Shown in pieces: positions 17,831 through 25,986 of a DNA stretch of 64,000 nucleotides. Under the pieces are notes generated by a model. It was not told the origin of the DNA. It ran no database searches and saw only the letters and a list, made by a program, of their open reading frames with translations. The stretch is from Myxococcota bacterium. GTDB lineage: Bacteria > Myxococcota_A > UBA796 > SXON01. A program made the translations under genes and the position numbers. The stretch spans positions 1 to 64,000 of the forward strand of contig JAZKFH010000023.1 of the NCBI GenBank assembly GCA_040386535.1, written 5' to 3'. Positions within the stretch are counted from its first letter, which is position 1. Every line of letters begins with the position of its first letter.

Positions 17831-19855
17831 CTAGCGGGTGAGGACGGGCTCGCCGGTCATGCCGGGGAGCGGGGCGACGCCGTACCAGGCGAGCAGGGTC
17901 GCGGTGATGTCGGTGAGATCGTGCCCGGTACCCGGGATCGGGCGGTTCGTGAGGAGGACCCCGGGGACCACCTCGGGCGCCATCAGGTGGTTGCCGGACC
18001 AGCGCGACGTGTTGTCGGACAGGATGTCCGCGGTGAGCTCGCCGAGCGTCGACTCGTCGGAGTTGCCGTAGCCGCGGTCGTAGCCGACCACCAGATCGGG
18101 CGCCTCGGCCACGCGGGCCCCATGGTAGATGTCGACCCCGCGGTCGACCCGCAGGATGGGCTTGGCGCCGTTCTTGGGGTCGACCAGCGCGGTGAGCTGG
18201 GCCTGGAGCTGGGCCTCGACCGTGGGGGCGTCCGCCGGGGCCACGATGCCCTGGGCCTCGCGGCCCTCGAGGTTCAGGTACAGCGCGTTGAAGCCGAGGC
18301 CGTAGGCCTTGGTCTTGCTCCAGTCGACGTCGCCGTGGGCGATGTGGCCCTCGCGCTTGCCGTCCAGGAGCGTGAGCCAGCCGTTGTCACGGAGCCAGCT
18401 GTTCAGATGCACCGTGCGCGTGAACGGCTGGAAGCCATGATCACTCATCACGAGGAGCAGGGTGTCTGTCGGCAGGCCGGCGACGACCTCGCCGAGCAGG
18501 CGGTCCACGTTCTCGTAGTAGCCCTCGATGTCGTGGTCGTGCTTCGCGGCGGCCTCGGCCTCGTACGCCGGGTGGGCCGGGGCATCCGGGTGCCTGGGAT
18601 CGCCGTGACGCCACAACATGTGGCACTGCAGATCGATGTCCGAGAGGTAGAAGAACGTCGCGTCGCCCGGGCGGTAGCGGGCCAGCGCGACGTCGAGCAT
18701 CGCCTCGGCGTCCTCCTGCACCAGCGCCACCTGCTTGACGTAGTCGTCGTCCGAGAACGTCGTGTCCTTGAGCGCGTTCGTCTCTTCCGGCATGCCCTGG
18801 GTGTAGTACTGGCCGCCCATCGCGTCGGCGAGATCGGTCGCGAAGTCGCCCGGGGTGGAGAGGTCCTGCGGGGGAGACTCCGCCGAGAGGTTGACCGGCG
18901 ACGCGTAGAGCTTGAACGCCGGGCGCAGCTCCTTCGCGTAGAAGCGCACGGCGCCCGCGAGCGGCATCGCGCCGGCGGGCAGCGCGTCGAAGCTGACGGG
19001 CATCCAGTCGGTCCACTCGCCTTCCCGAACGACCGCCTGGGCGTCCCCTGCGCGGAGGAGCGCGACCTCCTCCTCGGCGTCGATCGAGACGGTGATCGGC
19101 ACCGTCAGGTAGTCGTTGTCGCCGGGGAGCTGGCCTGGGGGCAGGCGGAAGATGTCCGGGGGGCCCTTGAGCGTGCTCTTCACGGTGTCGGGGACGCCGT
19201 CCAGATCGTAGTCCTCGACGGTGACGAGCTGGATGTCGCCCTTCAGGTCCCCCCGCGAGGCGACGGGCTGGTCCGTGTACCAGCTGTATTGGCCGTAGCC
19301 GCCGCGCATGTCGACCGTGCCCATGCCGGAGAGCACCCGGGCGTCCGACGGGGTGGGCGGGTAGTTGCCGGGTACCCGGTACACCTCGACGTCGACCCCC
19401 GCGGCGTGCAACGCGTCCCACCACGGCGTGCCGGTGCGGTTGTTCACCACCGCGTCCCCCCCGATCGGCAGGTAGTAGCCGAACAGATCGAGGGAGGTGC
19501 CCGCGTCGCCTGGGGGAGGGGTGGCCGAGGAGATCGGCAGGTAGGTCTTCGGGTCGCGGTGGACGAAGTCGTAGATGCCGTGGCCGCCGGGATCGAGGCC
19601 GGTCACGAAGTTGGACCACGCGACCGGGCTCTGCGGCGGGTTGGACGTGCCGAGCGGCTGAAACCCGCCCTGGGCCGCGAGCGCCGCGAAGTGGGGCATG
19701 CGCCCCTCGTCGATCATGCGGGCGAGGATGGTGGGATCCATCCCGTCGACGCCGAGCACGAATACGCCCGGGCCCGCGGGAGGGGTGGGTGTGCCGGGGC
19801 AGCCCGCGAGGGAGAGGGCGAGCGCGCCCGCCATCAGGCCGGGACTACGCCGCAT
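17831..19855 (-). CDS. Alkaline phosphatase superfamily (NPP/phosphodiesterase-like) lipoprotein
   Basis: Lipobox LAGC. Motifs GVDGMD, PQSPVAWS, DIDLQCH, SDHG and SGNH. Confidence 0.88.
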   Translation of the reverse strand: MRRSPGLMAGALALSLAGCPGTPTPPAGPGVFVLGVDGMDPTILARMIDEGRMPHFAALAAQGGFQPLGTSNPPQSPVAWSNFVTGLDPGGHGIYDFVHRDPKTYLPISSATPPPGDAGTSLDLFGYYLPIGGDAVVNNRTGTPWWDALHAAGVDVEVYRVPGNYPPTPSDARVLSGMGTVDMRGGYGQYSWYTDQPVASRGDLKGDIQLVTVEDYDLDGVPDTVKSTLKGPPDIFRLPPGQLPGDNDYLTVPITVSIDAEEEVALLRAGDAQAVVREGEWTDWMPVSFDALPAGAMPLAGAVRFYAKELRPAFKLYASPVNLSAESPPQDLSTPGDFATDLADAMGGQYYTQGMPEETNALKDTTFSDDDYVKQVALVQEDAEAMLDVALARYRPGDATFFYLSDIDLQCHMLWRHGDPRHPDAPAHPAYEAEAAAKHDHDIEGYYENVDRLLGEVVAGLPTDTLLLVMSDHGFQPFTRTVHLNSWLRDNGWLTLLDGKREGHIAHGDVDWSKTKAYGLGFNALYLNLEGREAQGIVAPADAPTVEAQLQAQLTALVDPKNGAKPILRVDRGVDIYHGARVAEAPDLVVGYDRGYGNSDESTLGELTADILSDNTSRWSGNHLMAPEVVPGVLLTNRPIPGTGHDLTDITATLLAWYGVAPLPGMTGEPVLTR

Positions 19856-22103
19856 CGCCGCGCTCCTGCTGGACCCGCGCCCCGTCGATGCGGGCGCCGT
19901 CGATCCGCGCGCCGGGCGCCGAGCCGGATTGGGGGAGGGTGCGCGGATCGAGCGGACCGGTCACCGTGGCGGTCTCTCCTGCGCCGGCAAACAGCATCCG
20001 GCCCTTCATGTACTTCGGCACCGCCTGCCCGAAGAGCCGCAGCACGGACACGGGGATGTCGGAGATGTGCGGGGCCTCCTGCGAGATCGCCCGGTTGCAG
20101 AAGAACACGCCGGGGACGATGTCGGGATCGACGCAGTGATCGCCGCTCCAGCTCTTCGTGTTGTCGCAGAACACCTCGGACGTGACCGAGCCGGTGGCGC
20201 ACTCCCAGGAGTTCCGGTAGCCGCCCTCGTACCCGACGAGCAGATCGGGCGCGTCGAGGCGGTAGGGGCCGTCGAACAGCTCGAACGCGCACTCCACCTT
20301 GCGGACGGCGCGGCCGTCTGTCTCCGGGTCGACCAGGGCCTCGAGCTTCGTGGCGATCTCCTTGACCAGGGCGCGGTAGGGCGCGCCCTCCTCGACGATG
20401 CCGGAGGCCTCGCGGCCCTTGCGGTTGATGAACATGCCGGTGAGGCCGAGGCTGAAGGCCCGGGTCTGCGACCAGTCCACGTCCTCGAACCACTCGCCCG
20501 AGAGCGCCTTGCCGTCCTTGAGGACGAGGTAGCCGTTGTCGCGCAGCCAGGTGTTGAGGTTCACGCCGCGGCGGAAGTTGGTGAAGCCGTGGTCGCTCAT
20601 CACCATCACCACGGTGTCGGGGCCGACCGAGGCGAGCACCTTGCCGACGAGGCCGTCCATCCGCTCGTACACCCGCGCGATCGCGTCGGCGTAGGCCGTG
20701 CTCTCCTTGCCGCGGTTCGCGGGGTGGGAGGGGTCGAGGTAGCGGTAGAACATGTGCTGGACGCGGTCGGTCGTGTCGAACACCGTCGTCACCAGCCCGG
20801 TGCGCGAGTGCTCCAGCGCGTCGAAGAACATCTTCTCGCGCTCGTCGCAGATCTCCATCGCGGCGTCGAAGAACGCCTTCTCGTCGATGACGCGCTCGTT
20901 CAGCGCCCACGTGTCCTCGGCGAGGCCGAGCGTGGCGTAGGGGCCGAACTTCTTCGCGAGGTACACGCTGTAGACCTGCGGGTGGCTGATCGGCATCGCC
21001 GGGTTCTCCGGATCGATGTGGATCGGCGTCATGTACAGGTTCACGTCGGGCGCGAGCGAAGTGAGGTAGAACTTGGCGATCCCGCTGACCTTGACGCCCA
21101 TGCCGGCCGTGAAGGTGAGGTGGATCCAAGGGGAGTAGGTCTGGAGGGACAGCTCGAAGCTATCGCCGCCGTCGATCGCGAGCGTGGCCTTCGTGCTGTC
21201 GGCGGAGACGGTGAGCGTGAAGGGGAGGGTCATGCGCCCGCCGTCCTTCACCATCCCGTTGTCGGGGCCCACGATGCGCGAGCGGATGACCGTCTCCCCG
21301 TTGGCCGCGGTCTTGCGACGGAGAACGGTCTGCTCGCCGCCGGTGAACGCGGCCTTGCCCTCGTTGTTGGCGGTCGAGAAGAAGCTGAACGTGCCCTGGC
21401 TGCCGCGCAGATCGGGCACACACATGCCGGAGAGCAACAGGCCGCGGAACGGAACGGGCGGGAACGTGATCGGCACGCGCTGGATGATCGAGGGGATGTG
21501 CCGCTCGCCGAGCAGCTTCCAGAAGGCCTGGCTCTTCTGGAGCAGCTTGATCTTGGGCTTCTCCAGCGGCACGATGTACTTGCCGATGTTCAGCACCTTC
21601 TCGGCCGAGCGGATGTCGGTCGAGGAGAGCATCGGGGCGTAGGTGCAGGGGTCCCGCGTGATGAAGTCGTAGATGCCGTGCCCGGAGGGGTCGACCCCGG
21701 TGGCGAACGTGGACCACGCGACCGGCGACATCGAGGGGTTCGACGTACTCAGGGGCCGGAACACGCCCGTGTCGGCCAGCCGCTGCAGGTTCGGGAGCCG
21801 GCCCTCGTGCAGGAACCGCGTGGCGATCCCGGGATCCATGCCGTCGAGACCAATGATGACGACCCGCTTGGTGAGGGCCTTCTTGAACGGATTCCCCACC
21901 CGCACCGTGCGGATGACAAAGGTGATCGGCCACAAGAGGATCGTACCGATCGCCAGGGCAAACGCCGCGACCATCACCGCGAGCGAGCCGGCGAAGGCGA
22001 ATCCCGCGCCGGGGCCGATGTACGCGAGCGCTGCCGAGGGCCACATCAGCAGGCTCAACAGGGCCAGCCGGACGAGCAGTTGGTAGGGGTTCGGGCGTTC
22101 CAT
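19845..22103 (-). CDS. Alkaline phosphatase superfamily (NPP/phosphodiesterase-like) protein with signal peptide, YIGPG motif and TM anchor
   Basis: AALA-YIGPGAG is followed by a hydrophobic helix. Motifs GLDGMD, SMSPVAWS, TDRVQH, SDHG and SGDH. Confidence 0.88.
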   Translation of the reverse strand: MERPNPYQLLVRLALLSLLMWPSAALAYIGPGAGFAFAGSLAVMVAAFALAIGTILLWPITFVIRTVRVGNPFKKALTKRVVIIGLDGMDPGIATRFLHEGRLPNLQRLADTGVFRPLSTSNPSMSPVAWSTFATGVDPSGHGIYDFITRDPCTYAPMLSSTDIRSAEKVLNIGKYIVPLEKPKIKLLQKSQAFWKLLGERHIPSIIQRVPITFPPVPFRGLLLSGMCVPDLRGSQGTFSFFSTANNEGKAAFTGGEQTVLRRKTAANGETVIRSRIVGPDNGMVKDGGRMTLPFTLTVSADSTKATLAIDGGDSFELSLQTYSPWIHLTFTAGMGVKVSGIAKFYLTSLAPDVNLYMTPIHIDPENPAMPISHPQVYSVYLAKKFGPYATLGLAEDTWALNERVIDEKAFFDAAMEICDEREKMFFDALEHSRTGLVTTVFDTTDRVQHMFYRYLDPSHPANRGKESTAYADAIARVYERMDGLVGKVLASVGPDTVVMVMSDHGFTNFRRGVNLNTWLRDNGYLVLKDGKALSGEWFEDVDWSQTRAFSLGLTGMFINRKGREASGIVEEGAPYRALVKEIATKLEALVDPETDGRAVRKVECAFELFDGPYRLDAPDLLVGYEGGYRNSWECATGSVTSEVFCDNTKSWSGDHCVDPDIVPGVFFCNRAISQEAPHISDIPVSVLRLFGQAVPKYMKGRMLFAGAGETATVTGPLDPRTLPQSGSAPGARIDGARIDGARVQQERGDAA

Positions 22104-22183
22104 GGGTGCTCGCCCGTATAGTCTCGGCCGCAGGGACGGGCTACCTCTCGCGGGCCACAGAACGTCACGACCGGAGCTCGACC

Positions 22184-22675
22184 ATGTCCCTCTTTCGCCC
22201 TCTCCTTGCCGCGCTCTTCCTCACCGCCGCCCTCACCGGCTGCGAGAGCGGTCCGTCCGCCGAGGACCTGCAGAAGGGCGTCGAGTCGGCGATGGCCGCG
22301 AAGGACTACCCGGGCGCCGTGACCAAGGCGGACGAGGCGCTGAAGAACGAAGCGATCGCGAAGGACGCCGCGAAGGCGTGGCGCTTCGAGTCCATGCGGC
22401 TCCAGGCGCTCGCCGACGGGGGCAAGGGCGCGGACGTGGCGTCGTCGCTCGAACGGCTGACGGGCGCGTACGACAAGCAGGTGACACCCGCCTTGTACCG
22501 CTCCCTGGCCGACAAGCTGAAGATCGCGGGGGACGGCGAGGGCACGGTCACGGTGCTCGACGCCGGGCTCAAGCGGTTCCCGGAGGATCCGAGCTTCCGC
22601 GCGGCGCTCGACGACCTGAAGAACAGCGCTGATCCCGAGGAGATCGAGCGGCTCAAGGCGCTCGGGTACCTGTAG
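22184..22675 (+). CDS. All-helical (TPR-like) lipoprotein with a C-terminal LKALGY tail
   Basis: GGAG RBS and lipobox LTGC. Ends EEIERLKALGYL. Confidence 0.8.
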   Translation: MSLFRPLLAALFLTAALTGCESGPSAEDLQKGVESAMAAKDYPGAVTKADEALKNEAIAKDAAKAWRFESMRLQALADGGKGADVASSLERLTGAYDKQVTPALYRSLADKLKIAGDGEGTVTVLDAGLKRFPEDPSFRAALDDLKNSADPEEIERLKALGYL

Positions 22676-22677
22676 AG

Positions 22678-23646
22678 GTGCCTGCCGACGCCAGCGCGGC
22701 GATCCCGGTCACCCTCGTCACGGGTTTTCTCGGTGCAGGCAAGACCACCCTGCTCAACCGGCTCCTCGCCGATCCGGCCACGCCGCCCACCGCGGTCATC
22801 GTCAACGAGTTTGGCGCGCTCGGCATCGACGGGCGGCTGGTCGTGGGCGCCTCGGACGAGGTGATCGAGCTCCGCAACGGCTGCATCTGCTGCGAGGTGC
22901 GGGAGGACCTGCGCCGCACGGTCCTCGACCTGTTGCAGAAGCGCACGCGTTGGCTCCGGCCGCTCCGTTTCGACCGGCTGGTGGTGGAGACCTCCGGCCT
23001 GGCCGCGCCCGGCCCCCTCGTGCAGACCTTCCTCCTCGATCCGGCGCTGGCCGCGGCCACGCACGTCGACGGCGTCGTCGCGCTCGCCCACGCGGGGCTC
23101 GTGGTGCGCCAGCTCGCGACCCACCCGGAGGTGCCCGCCCAGCTGGCATGCGCGGACCGCATCCTGCTCAACCACCTCGATCACGCCGACGACGTCGATG
23201 CCGCGGAGGCGGCGGTGCGCGCGGTGGCGCCCCTGGCCGAGGTGCTGCGGTGCGTGCGGGCGGACGTGCCCGTGGCGCCGCTGTTGCGCATCGGGGGCGC
23301 CGATCCGAGGCGCTGGGTGCTCCCGCCGGTCGTGACCCACTCGGCGGGCGTCGTGACGGCGAGCTTCCGGGGCGGCGCCATCGAGCTGTCCCGCCTCAAG
23401 ATGTACCTGCAGTTCGTCGCCTCGCGGCGCGGGTGGGAGGTGCTCCGCCTCAAGGGCATCTTCCGCTGTCCCGGGATCGCCACCGCCGTCGTCGCGCAAG
23501 GGGTCCATCAGTGGCTGGAGCTTGGGCCGGGGGAGCTGCCGCCGCCCGCGGAGAGCGCGCTGGTGGTCATCGGCCGGGGCATGGACGTGGAGGAGCTTCG
23601 CCGCGGGTGGGAGGTGATCGCCGCCTCCCCGGTCGGGACGCGGTAG
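22678..23646 (+). CDS. COG0523/CobW-family G3E GTPase (metallochaperone)
   Basis: Motifs GFLGAGKTT, VNEFG, GCICC, VETSGLA and RLKG. Confidence 0.92.
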   Translation: MPADASAAIPVTLVTGFLGAGKTTLLNRLLADPATPPTAVIVNEFGALGIDGRLVVGASDEVIELRNGCICCEVREDLRRTVLDLLQKRTRWLRPLRFDRLVVETSGLAAPGPLVQTFLLDPALAAATHVDGVVALAHAGLVVRQLATHPEVPAQLACADRILLNHLDHADDVDAAEAAVRAVAPLAEVLRCVRADVPVAPLLRIGGADPRRWVLPPVVTHSAGVVTASFRGGAIELSRLKMYLQFVASRRGWEVLRLKGIFRCPGIATAVVAQGVHQWLELGPGELPPPAESALVVIGRGMDVEELRRGWEVIAASPVGTR

Positions 23647-23671
23647 AACGTCGCTCCCCGCCGGAGCGCCC

Positions 23672-24493
23672 GTGAACCTCGCGAACAAGATCGTCCTCCT
23701 CACCGGCGCCTCCCGCGGCATCGGCGTGGCCCTGGCCCGCAACCTCGGCGAGGCCGGCGCCCACGTGGTCCTCACCGCGCGCGACCTCGGCGGGCTCGAA
23801 CGTGTGGCCGCGGACGTGCGCTCGGCCGGCGGGCGCGCCACCCTGGTCGCCGCGGATGTCGCCACCGCCGAGGGGCGCGCCGCCATCGTCGCCGCGACCG
23901 AGGCCGCCGGGCCCGTCGCCGCCTTCGTCAGCAACGCGGGCCTGGAGGTCCCCAGCGCTGTCGCCGAGCAGACCCCCGACCAGATCGAGAAGCAGGTCGC
24001 GGTCAACCTGGTCGCGCCGATGCTCCTCACGCGCGCGTTGTTGCCCGGCATGATCGCGCGCAAGGCGGGCGTCATCGTGCTGGTGTCGTCGATGTCGGGC
24101 AAGTCCCCGACGCCCTTCAACGCCATCTACGCGGCCACCAAACACGGCCTCAACGGGTTCGCGTCGAGCCTTCGCCTGGAGCTCCACGGGAGCGGCGTGC
24201 ACGCGGGCGTCGTGTGCCCGAGCTTCGTGGCGGACGCGGGCATGTGGCACGACACGGGCCTCGCGGCGCCGGGGATGATGCGCGAGGTGCCGCTCGCCAA
24301 GGTCGTCGCCGGCATGCGCGCGGTGCTCGACGGGGCGGCCGAGGTGCTCGTGACCCCGACCCCCGTGCGGCCGCTGCTCGCGCTCGCACAGCTCTTCCCC
24401 GGGCTCGACGGGCGGGTCCTGCGCGCGATGGGCGTGATGGACACGCTGGCGGCGCGCGCGCGGAACACCGCGGAGAAGGGCGCCTCCGAGTAG
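23672..24493 (+). CDS. SDR family oxidoreductase
   Basis: Motifs TGASRGIG, SNAG and YAATK. Confidence 0.9.
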   Translation: MNLANKIVLLTGASRGIGVALARNLGEAGAHVVLTARDLGGLERVAADVRSAGGRATLVAADVATAEGRAAIVAATEAAGPVAAFVSNAGLEVPSAVAEQTPDQIEKQVAVNLVAPMLLTRALLPGMIARKAGVIVLVSSMSGKSPTPFNAIYAATKHGLNGFASSLRLELHGSGVHAGVVCPSFVADAGMWHDTGLAAPGMMREVPLAKVVAGMRAVLDGAAEVLVTPTPVRPLLALAQLFPGLDGRVLRAMGVMDTLAARARNTAEKGASE

Positions 24494-24517
24494 GGGGCGC
24501 CGGCTACGGCCGAAGCG

Positions 24518-25744
24518 CTACGGTCGGAGGTCGGCCCCGGCCGAACGCGTGTTCGTTCGCCCTCCGCCCGCCAACACCTGGTGCACGAGCCCGGCCGCCG
24601 CCTGGACCTCCTTCGTGTCGCACGAGAACGCGAAGCGGATCCACCCCGCGCCCGCCGGCCCGAAGGCCGAGCCGGGAGACGAGCCGACCCCCACCTCGTC
24701 GATGAGCCAGTCCGTCATCGCCTCGTCGCCGCGCGATCCGCGGTAGCCGCGCCACGAGGGCTGGATGCGCGCCCAGAGGAAGAAGCTGCCCTTGGGGACG
24801 TAGGGCACGAGCAGATCGATGCCTTCGAGCCCGGCGAGGAGCGCGTCGCGACGCTCCTGGTACACGGCGCCCATCAGGCGGGGCGTGTCCTGGGGCGCTC
24901 CGATCGCGGCGGCGGCGCCCCACTGCGCGAGGCTGTTCACGCCGTTCGTCGTGCAGCGGAGGAGCTTCTTCACGCGCGAGAGGAACGCCGTGTCGGTCGA
25001 GACGAGGTATCCGACGCGCAGCCCGCTCATCGCGTAGCTCTTGGAGCAGCTGTAGAGCGAGATCGTGCGGTCCTCGGCGCCGGGGAGGGAGCCGATGCTG
25101 ACGTGTTGCTCGCCGTCGAAGATGACGTGCTCGTAGGCCTCGTCGCTGATGATGCGCAGGTCGTGCTTCTTCGCGAGCGCCACGATGTCCCGCAGCACGG
25201 CGCGCGAGAGCACCACCCCGGTGGGGTTGTGGGGCGTGTTCACGAAGATCGCCTTGGTCCGTGGCGTGATGAGCTGCTCGATCTGGGCCGCGGTCCAAGG
25301 CGTCGGGCTTTCCAGATCCATGCGGCAGCGCACCGGAACCCCGCCGCCGAGGCGGATGTTCTCGGCGATCTCCGTCCACATCGGATCGGGCAGGATCACC
25401 TCGTCGCCGGGGTCGAGGAGCGCGCGAAAGGTGAGGTAGAGCGCGTGCATGCCGCCGGACGTGACGACGACCTGATCGGGATCGTGGATGGGGAGCTCGT
25501 TGTCGCGCTGCACCTTGCGGACGATGGCCTCGCGGAGGGGCTGGATGCCGGCGGACGCGGTGTAGTGGGTGTGGCCCTTCTCCAGGGCGGCCACGATGGC
25601 GTCGCGCACGTAGGGCGGCGTGTCGAACGACGGATCGCCGCTCTCCAGACGGTAGATGCGGCGGCCGGCCGCCTGTTGCGCGAGCAGACGGTCGCGCACC
25701 GTGACGATGGCGCCGAACGAGATCGAGTCGAGAACGTGGCTCAT
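24518..25744 (-). CDS. PLP-dependent aminotransferase class I/II
   Basis: Motifs NTPHNPTG, SDEAY and SCSKSYAMSGLRVG. Confidence 0.92.
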   Translation of the reverse strand: MSHVLDSISFGAIVTVRDRLLAQQAAGRRIYRLESGDPSFDTPPYVRDAIVAALEKGHTHYTASAGIQPLREAIVRKVQRDNELPIHDPDQVVVTSGGMHALYLTFRALLDPGDEVILPDPMWTEIAENIRLGGGVPVRCRMDLESPTPWTAAQIEQLITPRTKAIFVNTPHNPTGVVLSRAVLRDIVALAKKHDLRIISDEAYEHVIFDGEQHVSIGSLPGAEDRTISLYSCSKSYAMSGLRVGYLVSTDTAFLSRVKKLLRCTTNGVNSLAQWGAAAAIGAPQDTPRLMGAVYQERRDALLAGLEGIDLLVPYVPKGSFFLWARIQPSWRGYRGSRGDEAMTDWLIDEVGVGSSPGSAFGPAGAGWIRFAFSCDTKEVQAAAGLVHQVLAGGGRTNTRSAGADLRP

Positions 25745-25986
25745 TTTTCCCCGGGGTTACGCGCGGCCGGGCGGCAAGGCCCGGGACGGCACGGGTGGAC
25801 GAACACGGGTCGTCCGTCCGTCCGTCCGTCTCGCCTCGTCCCTGGACGTAACGATCCTGCGTCCCCGCCCGGCCCCGGAAAGGCCCAGGTCGAAACGGTC
25901 CTCATCCTCTTCGGTGAGGCGGGCGGACGCGGAGCGTCGACCCCCCGGGCGGGCAGGGGCGGGGGCATCGGAGTAGGCTCCCGCGC

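Noticed and set aside
19870..19920. GARID x3 repeat at the AlkP-A C-terminus
   Set aside because: A short 15-nt slippage duplication in a disordered tail, with no sign of function.
25755..25790. Guanidine-I (ykkC) riboswitch suggested by gcggcaaggcccggga
   Set aside because: There is only a weak resemblance to the 3' end, and the 5' conserved elements are absent.
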